The notes beneath the pieces were generated by a model. The model worked only from the letters and a program-made list of their open reading frames with translations. It ran no database searches and was not told the origin of the DNA. The position numbers and the translations under genes were made by a program. A DNA stretch of 64,000 nt from contig CM007992.1 of assembly GCA_002189035.1 (NCBI GenBank), positions 2,294,001 through 2,358,000 of the forward strand, in the 5' to 3' direction. The DNA is from Utricularia gibba (lineage: Eukaryota; Plantae; Magnoliophyta). Of the stretch, positions 36,861 to 49,127 are shown in pieces (within the stretch, counting starts at the first letter, position 1; each line of letters opens with the position of its first letter).

Positions 36861-37759
36861 AAGAAATAAGTTCCAATTTAGAAGAAATACTCAAAGATCA
36901 ATCTTAATAGAAACATAAATTAAAACACAATTAAAAATAACATCTAATATTGATGTTGATGATGTTGGATGATTCTCTAAACATAAATTAAAACACAATT
37001 AAAAATTAAAACACAATTAAAACACAATCTTAATACAAACCGTTAATAATATAAAAAATATATTATAATTAATGATTTAAATACCTTTGTGTTTTGATGG
37101 TGATATAGCATCGGATCTCGAAGCAAATAAACTGGTATTCCCACTATTACATATATACAGTAAATCCAAAATCTCGCCCTCAATGTAATCTTTTCGAATA
37201 TATGGATCCTACATGAAGATCTCTCGATTTTGGTGATTCTTGAACAGCTTCAAAGTATGCAAATAAGTTTGACCTCCTTTGACAATAATATCTGTGGTAT
37301 CTAACATCTCAATGCATTTTCCAATATAGTATTTTAAAGACTCTAAACTCTCCAACCCTACTTTTGCCGAAGTTGTAGCCATCATCTTAGATGATTCAAT
37401 AATTCAATTACTATTGCTCACTTTAGCAATCTTTTTGCGTTTTGTTTGAAGAGCTTGCTTGCTACTTTGAGTATGTGTATTCTCATCGGAGTACAAAGTT
37501 GATATCTTAGGTGGAGTATATTGTGTGCCCAAGGAATATCAAAATCTTCTACCTCTAGCGATGTATCTTTAGTAGATAATACAGAATCAACATCATCATC
37601 ACAATCATCATTAGAAACCTCAATACCAAGAGTAGGAATGTATTTTCTTTGTCCATAACCAATTAGTAAATCAAAAACTTGAACCAATAAATCAAAGAAC
37701 GTGGGTGTTCTAGTCTCAAACTTGCTATATTGGCTATTCTCCTATATAAACCATCCGTG

Positions 37760-37890
37760 TTCCCCTTCCCCCAAATCCACCTTGTTGCACCACTCAAGCC
37801 CCAAATACACCCTGCTTCACCCATCGTCTTCCCCAAGCCCCAAATGCACCCTGCTGCACCCACCTTCTTTCCCAAGCCCTAAATGCACCA
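37760..37890. repeat. ~35-bp C-rich tandem repeat
   Basis: Four ccccaaat(g/a/c)cacc(c/a/t)tg(c/t)tgcacc-like units. Confidence 0.75.
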
Positions 37891-38449
37891 TGTTGCACCG
37901 TCTTCCCAAAAAAAAAAAAAATTTTTTTTAATTCCCCACCACTCCCTTCACCAAATGCACAAAATAAATGGGCTCCACTGAAGCACCAAATGCTCCAATG
38001 GGGCTACTGAATGTGTGGTAGGCGAGGGTGGTGCTGCCAGGTATAGCCACATTTCAAGCTGCTTGTGCCAACACTTCAATTCTGGATCCTTTTTGACCTG
38101 TTTAGATCCGAGATTTGGTCAGGGATTTAGGTGAAAATGCATACCTTCAACCTAGCTCGAAAATCAGAAGCATGAGCAAATGGAAGAAAGGCCACCAAGA
38201 AGTTAAAGGGTTGGAGGGCAAAAAAGGAATAGATTTATTTTCAGCATCTTATTGTGTGAATAAGTTACATTTTATCAACTTGTGTAATAAGTAGATGAAG
38301 TAATGAAAATTGAAAAAAGTAGAAAATAAGTAGAAGTAGAAGTAGAAGTTAAGTTTTAGAACAAGTAGAAGTAGTTTGTACAACACTTACTTTTACTTTT
38401 ACTTTAGATCAGAAGTCACAAAATAAGTTACACAGGCTACTGCCTTAAA

Positions 38450-39160
38450 TTACCTCGGTTACTCCCAAATGCTACATTGTGGTTAATTGTAATGGCAATC
38501 GTCTGATGATGTCTGTCGCTGTGTTTCTTCATTCCCGAAGATCCTTAGTTTCATCAATGAGAATTTCTCCAAGTTGTGCGATGGTGTTATTTGTTTGCTT
38601 CCTCATTTTATTCAACTCTTTCATCAACGTATCGAGCTCTAGACCTTGCCTCTTTCTTTTCTTCACTATCTCATCACCACTTGTTGGTGTAGACCGATTA
38701 CTTGTGCGATTTCACAAAGTCCCCCCTAAAGAGGGATACTCCTCATATGTGGAAAATGTATCATGTGATGGTTGGAAGCCATTTTTGTTCAAGTCAACCT
38801 CAACTTCATGGTACTCCACAAAATGCGTTGGTTGTTTGAACCTTGCCACAAATTCCTCACCGCACTGCACTATACATCTAGCATTGGAGACACTCTCAGA
38901 AAAATCTTCAATTGCTCTATCTTTATCAAAGATAATGCACCAATTTGCATAGTAGGGCCAGCTATTAAATTGCAACAAATTATATACCTTCTCATTGTGC
39001 TGCACATATATTGATAATTGAGCAATTGGACAATCTTGAAGAAACGAACGCATCATAAACATTACAATAGCAATTCCTTTTTTGAACTCTACTCACACTA
39101 CACTAGCATCCACCATATTTTTGGAGTTATCAAAGCCAGTACATGACTTGTTAAGAAAAT
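38450..39160 (-). mobile_element. Decayed transposon ORF1-like (Myb/SANT-associated) relic
   Basis: Frameshifted minus-strand ORFs (FNSWPYYANWCIIFDKDRA; SGDEIVKRKR) resemble the FPYYxxxxxIFGKDRA region of Harbinger ORF1. Confidence 0.5.
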
Positions 39161-39639
39161 TAGTTAGGGTATTGTAATCTTTTTTCCAATTATCCATCTT
39201 CTCAAGAAGATCATGAAAATTTTTGAACAAGTCAAAAACATTAGATTTTTTATTCGAAAAATAGATTCAAGAGTAATAACTGAAATCATCAATAAAGATG
39301 AGAATGTGTCTGCTTCCATTAAGAGAAAAAATAGGAAACGAACCACAAACATCAGTATAGATTGATTTTAACCTATCTATAGCTCTAAACAAAGAAGGAA
39401 AAAATGGATTTTTGTTCAACCAAATCTTTATATTATCAATATTCAAATGGACAAGTCTTCTATGTCATATAGTAGAATTGTCATAGGTATTTTCAAAGAA
39501 AGCCTCTAAAGAGAGAATAATTCTACAATCAGCTTTATGAACGATGAAAAGCTTGATGTCATTTTTGTCATAAAGATCACAAAAAAATCATTGTTCAAAT
39601 TTACACTCAACCCAGGTACAAACAACACATCACTTCTCA

Positions 39640-41140
39640 ATCTTGAGAACAATTATGCCAATCCCCTTTGCAACTAGAATCTCACAACCTTGAGTGAGAA
39701 GGACCAATGAACAATGAGCTAGGACATAGAGAAAAAATGAGATATGGATCTTATTTCCTTTACCAAAAGGGAAAAAGCTATAGGATCTTGATGGTTATAC
39801 AACCATAACTTTGGGAATGATGGAGCAAATGGATATGCACAATTTAAAGGCATAGATTATAAAGAATGTTATGCCCTAGTTGCAAAGATGGTAACTATCC
39901 ATATTGTATCAACATTGATAGTTAAATTAAATCTTCTTGTTTATCAAGTCAATCTGGACAACCCATTTCTTCATGATCATTTAGATGATGAAGCTTAAAT
40001 GGAGCCCCTAGAGGCATATACAAAAGCAAAGAAGAGCAAAGTATGCTTGCTTCCTAAATCCATATACGGTCTTAAACAAGTATCAAGTGTTGGAATTTGG
40101 AATTGACAAAGATCCTCATTTCTTTTGGTTATATACAATCGAGTGCTGAGTCACACTTGTTTTTGAAGATAAGTGATGATTATTTGAGTTTGATTATTGT
40201 GTATGTGGATGATATGCTTATTGTCGGTAATGCATTGTCTAAGATCCAAGCGACTAAGGACTTTTTACATGATAAATTTACTATAAATAACTTGGGAGTC
40301 ATTAGATGCTTTCTTGGTGTTGAAATTTCTAGATCATCTACTAGAATTCTTTTATCTCAAAAGAAGTATATCGAAACTTTATTGTCCGACTTTGGAAGAA
40401 ATCTATCCACAGAGATAGCTACACCAATGACTAAGGGACTACAATTTCTATTGGACAATGGGAATCCATTGCATGAATTGGATTGGTATTGTAAAGTGAT
40501 TGGACAACCATATTGGATATCACCTTCTATGTGCAACAATTGACTTGATTTATTCAATGACCAACTATTAATCATTGAGCTGCAGTAAACAGAGTATTGA
40601 GATATTTGAAGCACACTGAAGATCATGGACTATTTTACACATGCTCAGGAACTACGTAGCTACAGGCATTCTATGACGCATATTGGGAAATTGCCTTGAA
40701 ACTTATCGTTCAATTACAAGATTTTACATATTTTTGAGATATAATTTGATCAATTAGAGAGAAAAAAAAGAGGAAATTGTATCTACTTCTTTAATTGAGG
40801 CGGAGTAAAGGGCAATGAGATTAACCACAATGGAGTTGTTGTGAATTACATATCTCATGAAATATATATGATACTCATTTCTCTACCCATTATCTTCTAG
40901 ATTGACAGTCAGTAGGCATTGCACATTACTCAAAATGCCGCCTTTCTTGAATGTACAAAACATCTTGATATAGACTGTCATATGGTGAGGAATCACTATC
41001 TTGCCGAATTTATATCTCTTATGCATGTAGCTACTAGTTCATAGGTTACAAATATCTTTACAAAGGCTTTGGGGACACAAGCATTCCTCTTCTTTTGAAA
41101 CAAACATGGACTTGTTAGATTCACAATCATCTTGTTTAAG
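39640..41140 (+). mobile_element. Ty1/Copia RT and RNase H relic
   Basis: ORF 40097-40543 contains IIVYVDDMLIVGN and FLGVEISRS. Upstream relics LPKGKK and YGLKQ; downstream KHLDIDCHMVR and IFTKAL. Confidence 0.9.
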
Positions 41141-41737
41141 GAGATTCTGAAGAAATAGGAGAATCATAAAATAGACCATATAAGACCAATACTAGAAGAA
41201 CGTAATAACTGACTAAGCGTATTTGATCCATGGAAACTACAATTTGTATAAAATAGAGAAAAATAGAAAAAGTAAAAAAAGAAAAAATTAGATGCATAGA
41301 GATACGTAACCTTCGTTGTCTTCAACCCTCTTCTTCACTTAGTTCTTCTTTCATTTCTTTACAATAAGCTCTTTTGGTTGGCAATTTTTTTGAGATGATT
41401 TTTGGACAAAAACATTTGTGGATAACCAAATCAGAGTTTAACTTGCTAGTCCTCAATCATTTGCAGATTCATTGTCGAGAATCTCCAAGTGGGTATTGGG
41501 CCTTATTGGGCTTTTCCCACATACTTATTCCTCTGCTCTAAAAATTCCTACGTGACTCAATGAATAAGAATAGACTTAAAATGAGGATTCGTGACTCAAG
41601 GGCTGAATGATACGGTGAGAGATTCATCTCTCTCAAGTGAAGTGATAATAGGAAAGTCCATGGTATCAGAGGAGTTGCCACACCCACGCAATAATTATAA
41701 ATAAGAAATATAAGGTGGGTGAATAACATGAAGAATT

Positions 41738-44040
41738 ACAGTGTGTTTGGTTAGAGATATGGCTAGATATGAGATTTTGTGATTATTAGGTATTTGGGAG
41801 TAATTGGTATGGGATGGGATATGGAAGTGATGTGTTTGGTTAGAATAAAAAGGGATAGGATTTGTTTTTAATTTTTTTACTACTTTATATCAATTACAAT
41901 TAATACCCCTGAGTAAAAAATATAAAATTCAATTCAGTAATGAGTCTTCTATATTTTATGTCACTAGGTTTCATCTCCCGCTTTAGAGAATGACATGAAG
42001 TTCTTCAAGCAATCATCCAATTATAGCTATAGTGGTTAATGAAGGTCGGTTTTGAGAGTTTCATAATTGTTCTATGATTAGTATGGTAGATAGCCCATAT
42101 TTTTAGTTGCTAGAAACGAAACAAGTGATTGTTTATGGAAAAAGGCCAATGCTTTTGCTTTAACATTTGATTATTTTCATTGCTGTTGTGAAACGAAACA
42201 AGTGATTGTTTGTGAAACAAATGAATGTTTGTGAAGAGAAACAAATAATTATTTTCAAATGTTGTAAGGTTGTTGATGCTCTTTTATTCATTTTAAAAAT
42301 ATTCAAGTTTGCGTGAATGGCCAGCACCTTTATTTTAATCCTATTTACCAATGCATGTCTATATTAATTTGCCATGTAGGTGAGGACCATGGAAAAAGAG
42401 TTTGAGTCGAGGAAGAAGAAAAAACCTTGATCCTTGCTTTCAAACAGATAATTGCAAATAAGTGGAAGTGCGATAATTCATTTAAGGCCGGATATCTTAG
42501 TGTATTGGAGGATATGTTGAAGAAAATGTTACGAAGGGCTAACATCAAGGGTAACCCCCACATTTCTTCTAAGTACAAGGTTTGGAAAAGGAACTTTGGA
42601 AAGGTACACTACTTTGTTTCAAGATCTGGAAATAGCTTTGATTCAATCACACATAAGATTGATGCAACTAAGGAGGATTGGGATGAGTTGTTAAAGGTAC
42701 AATTTAATTAACCTTTGCTTTAACATAATGTATAATAACTCGTATAATTTTATTGCTTTCTTTTCTTTTGTATAGCATAATAGTAAGACCTATATTGTTT
42801 TGAAAAATAAAACTTTTTCCTATTATAACGATTGCCTTGAGATCTTTGGTATAGATCATGCAAATGAAAATGGTAGAATGGGAATTGATGATGGTCTTGA
42901 AGAGTCTACTTCAACTTATGATGAAAGTAGTAGGCCAAAGAAAATGAAAAATAAAAAGGTTGATGATATTGGTTCATTGTGGGATAGAATGGATGCTTTC
43001 GCGAAGAGAAACAATGACTCGTTCATGAATGCGATGCAGACACTAATGGTCATAGAAACTGAAAGACAAAAGACTCATGACATAATATGTGGCATGAACC
43101 TTACTAAGGTTAAAGAGATCACAGCTTACACCAGCCTTCTTAATGATCCGACTCATGTGCAGTGCTTCATAGACTTCAATGAAGAAGATTGTGAAGATTA
43201 CCTGAAAGACATTGCTTTCTATTAGTTATGTTGTGACTGCTTTGTGTAGTAGATTGATTTTTTGTTTGGGGTTAGTATTCCCCTTGGTCTAGTTAATTGC
43301 AGAATACTAAACTACGCAACTATTATGTTTCATAAAATTTCTGTTATGATCCATTGTGATTCAGAAATCATGTTCAACATGAACATTGTAGCCATCTAAG
43401 TGCAGTTTCTATAGAATTTTTAAACACATAAGTTAGATGACTACATCAAAAGTTATGATTAATTTCCTGCAAGTTGCCCTTTGAGAACATGACTAAATCA
43501 TAGATGACTACAACATTTCTTGGTTTTACAATTGTAATGTGCGGCATTCCCTGATCTAGTAATTGAAACTTTCAAGATAATAATGTATAAAAAAGTCTAC
43601 AAATGTAAAGTTACAAAATTCTACATAAGACAACAAGTTCATGGCTTCAAATAATACTAGGTGTTCAAAAATTGAAACTAAGCATTCAACCATTCTTCAT
43701 ACATTGTATTAGCAAGATCATCACGTAAAGTATTCCAAGCAAGGGTAGATTCAACCATATCAATATAATCTTCAGCTTCTTCGTTCACCTCTTGATAATT
43801 TTCCAGGACTTCGGCCTTTATTGGATTGTGCTCCATTTCCCAACGTATGAATTAAAGCACATGTGATGATTCTCATTTGTGTCCAAATAGCATAGAAGGA
43901 TGGACTCCATAGGATACCCCATCGCTTTTTCATTATTCCCCATGGTCTCTCAATTATGTTTATTGCCTTCGTATGTCACATGCTGTTATATTCCTTTTCG
44001 TTTTGTGATACATCCGTTCCACGTCCCCATTCCTTTAGAT
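41738..44040. mobile_element. PIF/Harbinger relic: Myb/SANT-like ORF1 (+, 42380-43225) convergent with transposase C-terminus (-, ~43680-44040)
   Basis: gtgtgtttggtt-type terminus near 41740. ORF1 reads WKCDNSFKAGYLSVLEDML...ISSKYKVWKR...FSYYNDCLEIFGIDHA. The minus strand has broken ED.ID.VES..AWN..RD.LA..MYEEW-like frames. Confidence 0.75.
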
Positions 44041-46568
44041 ACAATAAACTAAAATAAACTAAAATAATCTAAACCCTTTTAATTAAAACCCACCTAACAA
44101 ACGAGGCTTTAATACTATCCTGACAATAATAATGGGAGAGTATCTCCTTGTACGGACCCACTAATAATAGGAATCCAATTCATGAAAATGCCTACTATTA
44201 CTAGAGACAACTAGTTTCTACCTGCCCTGGTCATTAATTGCTACTAAAATAACTAATGATGTCCGAGATGGAAAAATATCTATTTTCATATGCTCAAGTC
44301 CATATCCAAGTTGGGGATTTCTTTGGACTTGCCTTTACTAGACTTCGAACACATTGACAGACAGATGCTTAGTCTACTTGCAACAAGGCTTGCTTTATGA
44401 CATCTAGAGTTGGTTCAAAGTAGCGCCTTTGGCCCCACGAGTGTAGAGCGTCATGGGAGAAAAAGGGAATGAGTGTTTTGCATGTATCAGTGTTTTTATT
44501 GGCATTTTACTGGAACTTTTGTTTTACTTTGCAAATTATCGTACTTTTTTACTTTTGTTTGTAAAGTACATCATGTTTATAAATTTGTTTGCAAAATAAA
44601 GGTATTTCAATTTTAAAATCATATATAACATATTCAAAATTTTATAAAATACTTGTTATGATAAACTGAATTACAAAAAAAATTAAATATTTTCAATTAA
44701 TTTAAAATGATAATGAACATTTATGAAAAATAATTAATAAGTAAAAATTACAAAAAAATTGGATAATTGTAATAGTTGATATAAAATAAAAAATGTTATT
44801 AATTTCAATATGATACTTGATTTTAATTATTTTGAAAATCATTTTAAAATTCAAGAAAACTATTTTTTATTACAATTTCGAGTGTGACATTTATAATTAA
44901 GATAAATGAATAATAATATGTAAATTAATTATTAATTTTTTATTTCGTAAATAACTTATATCATTTATTATATTACATTTTTGTAAAATTTTTTAATTAG
45001 TTTACTAGTATATTTTTCTTAATATCATTATTAATAATAAATTTTATTATTTAATATAATTTTTAAAAACATTATACTTCATATTCTTTTATTTTTATGT
45101 AAAAATCATTTTCTTCAACGTTCACCTATGCCAAAAAATAAGAATATACCTATCATGAGTTTTTTTTTATTTAAAAAATAAGAAGTTCAGTATTTTGCAA
45201 ATGAAAACTCAGATTATATGTAATTTTACAATAAAAAAAACTTTCAGTATTTTGCAAATAAATGTAGTCTCACACAGGCATTTACCATATTTTGCCATGG
45301 GAGAAACCATTCTTTGATTAGAAACCAGATCCAAATTAGATAATTCGGTATTTCCATTGGATATTCAGAAAACAATAAAGAATATAGGGTTCATAGTCGG
45401 CAAAGCAAAAAACATCGATTCTGGTCAATGTATAAATACCTTTAAGAAACGAAAACTGGAAACTAAGGGCCTGCACCGCTCTTGCCACGCCCCAAGGCCC
45501 ATAATTTGCAATGGCACCACACGTCCAATCCTCGAACCAATTTTTTTCCTTCTCTGTACCTTGGGATGCATACTAATTCTGGTATACACTTTGGAATTGT
45601 TTGGTTGAAGAGATTATGAGTTTAAAATTAAGATTATAAAGTATAAGATATTTAATTTAAAGAAATTTTTAAAAAATTGAAATTACATGAATTTTTTAAT
45701 TATATATAGATATATATATTTATTTATTTAAAACTACATTTTCCCTTATTTTAATTAAAATCACTTAATTTCATTTCTAATCCCAGTAACAACATATTAC
45801 TTAAAAAATTAATCCCTCTAAATAGAACCGAACCTTACTCTATTTCATAGAATTTTAGAATTCAGTATTTGATGCAGAACATTATGAGTTTCGTTATCAA
45901 ATTAATACTAATTTTTAAATTCTACGGGGAATGACTTGGTTCACGTCAGTGTTCAATATCCAGAGGACGAGAACGTTGTCCTCCGCATAAAAAGTTGCAG
46001 GCGTACCTGCCTTCAATCGATCAATGCATGTGTCAACTCATAGGAAAGGTGTCACCTTGTTTTTCCCATTCTGTTTTCTTTATCCTTTTGTTGTGCCCAC
46101 CTTGCCCAAAACTAAAAGGGTGACTTTCATATTTAATTATCCTGTAATATGTCTATGAAAAGTGGGATGGATAAATTTATAAATGAACCCAAACTATAAA
46201 TGCCTGCTTATTTTCTTCATTTGTTACTCGAAATGCATGTCAAAGGGTTGTGTTGTGATGACCTACTTTTTGACTTTCACGATATTGTTGAGTTTGAATA
46301 CTTAATCTTTATAATATATTTTACGTTATTTACATTTGAGGAACAAGAGTTATACGAGATTAGAAATACACCTTTATTTAATCGTGTTGTCACTCCATCC
46401 ATAACTAGAATAGTATTACGAGGCTGTTGGGTGGTTGCATGCCTTGACCTAATATCACACTCAATGAAGCTGCTCATGAATTATAAATGCAAGAAGAACA
46501 ACAATATCAAGGCAAAGGGGTCGTAGCTTTATTCCAATACGTGGATATTGATGTTCATGGGTGCCATG

Positions 46569-48074
46569 TTAATCTCCCGTCACTGGGGATATTTTCACCT
46601 TCATTCCATTCTTCATCACGAGAACGACGGAGGAGCTCGGCTGAACACGCCACTCATCTCTAAGCACGCGTATCTTGAAACGGCTGATGACGGAGGCGGC
46701 TACGATCTTCGTCTGAATGAAAGAAATGTCTCTACCAATGCAAGTTCTGGGGCCAGCGTTGAAAGCTGGAAACTTGAAAGAGGGAACGCTCAGGATCGTT
46801 CCGGTATCGGAAATCCATCTCTCCGGCTTGAATTCCTGGAAGTCTTCCCCCAGATGGATTGCATTCTTCCCATAGAGAAGAATGAAATCAGTATCTTAGT
46901 GTTCGCCTTCACGTGGTGCCCCGACGGAAGTGTGTCGGAGTTAACCGGCGCTTTGTGGTTTAGCGCTATCGGAGGAAACAGGCGAAGTGTCTCGCAGAGA
47001 GCTGCGTGGAGATAAACTAGATTTCTTATGCTTTCTATGCCGGAGAATCTCCATTTTCCGCTGGGGGAATCCTTAGCTATTTCCCGCCGGATTTTCTCTT
47101 CCTTTTCTGGGTTCTGGTCGATGAGCCAGAAGAGCCACGAGAGAGCAGTGCTGATCGTATCCTTTCCGGCGAACAGAAAACTTAGAGTGGCGTCTCTCCA
47201 AACCTGAGAAGATATTTTGACCGCTTCGTGATTCTGAGCAACGGCTCTTACGTAGCACGCGAACATATCGTGGTCTTCTTCGTCTTCATCAGTCCTGTGT
47301 ATGGTCTTTTCTTCCTTCAGGAGGATGCACTTCTCTATAAACCTGTGAATAAGTTCAATCCCTTCCGTCAGCTTCCTTTCAGTGCCGATATGCAGACGCT
47401 TCTGGAGGGTCCACACTACCTCCGGGACCACGTGTCTCCTCAGAGCTGCCTCCTCCGCGTCTTTGAACGCGCTCAGCTCCGGGAAGTCGCGCAGATCGCT
47501 GCACAGTGACTTGGGGTCGTGGCCTAAAACCATGAGGACCGTACAGTCGAACGCCAGCCTTTGGAATACCTCCTGTAAGTCGAGGCTCCGGCGGTTGGAT
47601 TCTAGGACCTTAATCAGGCCGGACTCCACCTTCCGCCACGTGGTCGTGGCTACAAAGTGCTGGAAACTGAGGTTCGCCATGAAGAACTTGGCCGCTTTCC
47701 TCTGACTCTCCCATGACTCGCCCTCCGCAGCGAATATCCCTTCCCCAGCTCTTGGAAAATCTTCTTGAACTGGGGCCTTTCCCGAAGTTGGTGAAGTTCT
47801 TGGTGAGGATGTAGTTGACGTTGTCGGGATCCGCCGTCACGATCATATGCATGTTGGGGAACCAGCCGCCTTTGAAGTAGGCGGTGCCTCCAGATTCCTC
47901 GACTAGCTCCGTCAGGAAGTTATGGATGCGGTGGGCGTTAAACAGGATTCCTGGCAACATACCGAACACCGGCCAATCGGACGCCACCCGGCTGCTGCCG
48001 AGGAATCCTTTAAAGGGTTTGAATGCGAGGAGGAGGAAGAGGAGCAGGAAAGCAATGACTTCTTGGTACGGCAT
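46569..48074 (-). CDS. CYP96: Cytochrome P450, CYP86 clan, CYP96/MAH1-like; intronless, with three 1-bp frameshifts as given (pseudogene or consensus error)
   Basis: N-terminal anchor, WPVFGMLP, I-helix FLFAGKDTISTALSW, ETLR, KPERW and heme motif FNAGPRTCIG. Adding one base at each of the G/C runs 47772-47775, 47743-47746 and 46847-46851 gives one continuous ~502-aa ORF with no internal stop seen. Confidence 0.9.
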
Positions 48075-49127
48075 TTTTGTGAAGCTCGAAGAATGAAACT
48101 TGTGCTTCCACTAGGGCTATTTAATAACAAGAGACATCATAATTTTACTTCATGATCATCCACCCCTTGCTATCAAAAGCCGCTATCGGTCACGGATCCT
48201 CTGCCTGTGCGATTATCGCACTTCCCAATAAAATAAATCCTAATCCCTCCTTAAACATATATAGATAGGTTATGTGATCCCAATTATGCAAGTGCAGATA
48301 TACTAAACAAAGGACTGCCTAAAACTAACGATAACCAAGAAAAAAGTTGTTAGTTTAGATAGTGTATATCTCTTATAAAAACACAAAATTAAGGGAAGAA
48401 AAATTCACATGTTTGACTGAAAAAAGGATTTTTGAAAATATTAAAAACATTACTAAACAAAAACTCCATAAAATACAAGGGTTTGTTTAAAATCACTGAA
48501 AGCAATGGTCTATGATCCAAACTCCACTATTGTTTTGAGTATATCAAGTTTGACTTTTACTTGCATGAATTTTGAAAGTATAATATTAAAATAGTACTAT
48601 TCGTATTAACAATATAATCAACCACTAATCGAAATTCATTCCACTCTAATAATAACTCATGTTAACTCACACCCAATGCTAACCTATATAACTCATGGTA
48701 GCAGAAATTAGGTTGGAGTATACTTTTCAACAAGCATTGGCACATTGAATGTTAAATCCTCTGACCCAACCTACTATTCTCATCACTTACCCTTTCAGTA
48801 TTCATAATTATAAAACAAATTTAAAAAGGAAAATAATATGGAAGCAAAATTCAATACTAAACACAATGGCATGTGTGGGTAACTTGTGTAAGTCCAATTT
48901 CATCTAAGATGCTTTGTGTTCATACGCAAATAACCCGACTCAAACAAACTAACATCAAACATAGTATATGCAAAAAAATGAATAATTAAAAATCAATATT
49001 CATCTTTGTCTCGTTATTCTCATAAAAAACTCAATCACGGGAGATCTACGTGGGTGACAAGGTCTTTTTGCATCAAACTCGATTTGATGAGAGTCAAGGT
49101 TTGGTCTCCAACCATTAAAGTTGATTT

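Larger units (their letters stand above)
36370..38444 (-). mobile_element. Truncated Harbinger-like element (Myb/SANT-like ORF relic, transposase N-terminal relic, one terminus)
   Basis: Relic IGKCIEMLD...YLHTLKLFKNHQNREIFM resembles the ORF1 C-terminus. The acidic N-terminal transposase-like relic is at 36370-36520. Terminus aagtcacaaaataagttacacaggctactgcc is followed by TTA. Confidence 0.55.

Noticed and set aside
35300-37890. CRISPR-like repeat arrays
   Set aside because: Eukaryotic context; the units are contiguous degenerate tandem repeats without unique spacers.
42380-43225. Host Myb/SANT-domain gene
   Set aside because: Lies between a PIF-type terminus and a Harbinger transposase relic and lacks a clean start, so it is best explained as transposon ORF1.
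46548-48155. Plus-strand ORFs overlapping the P450
   Set aside because: Shadow ORFs of a GC-rich coding sequence, with no recognisable motifs.
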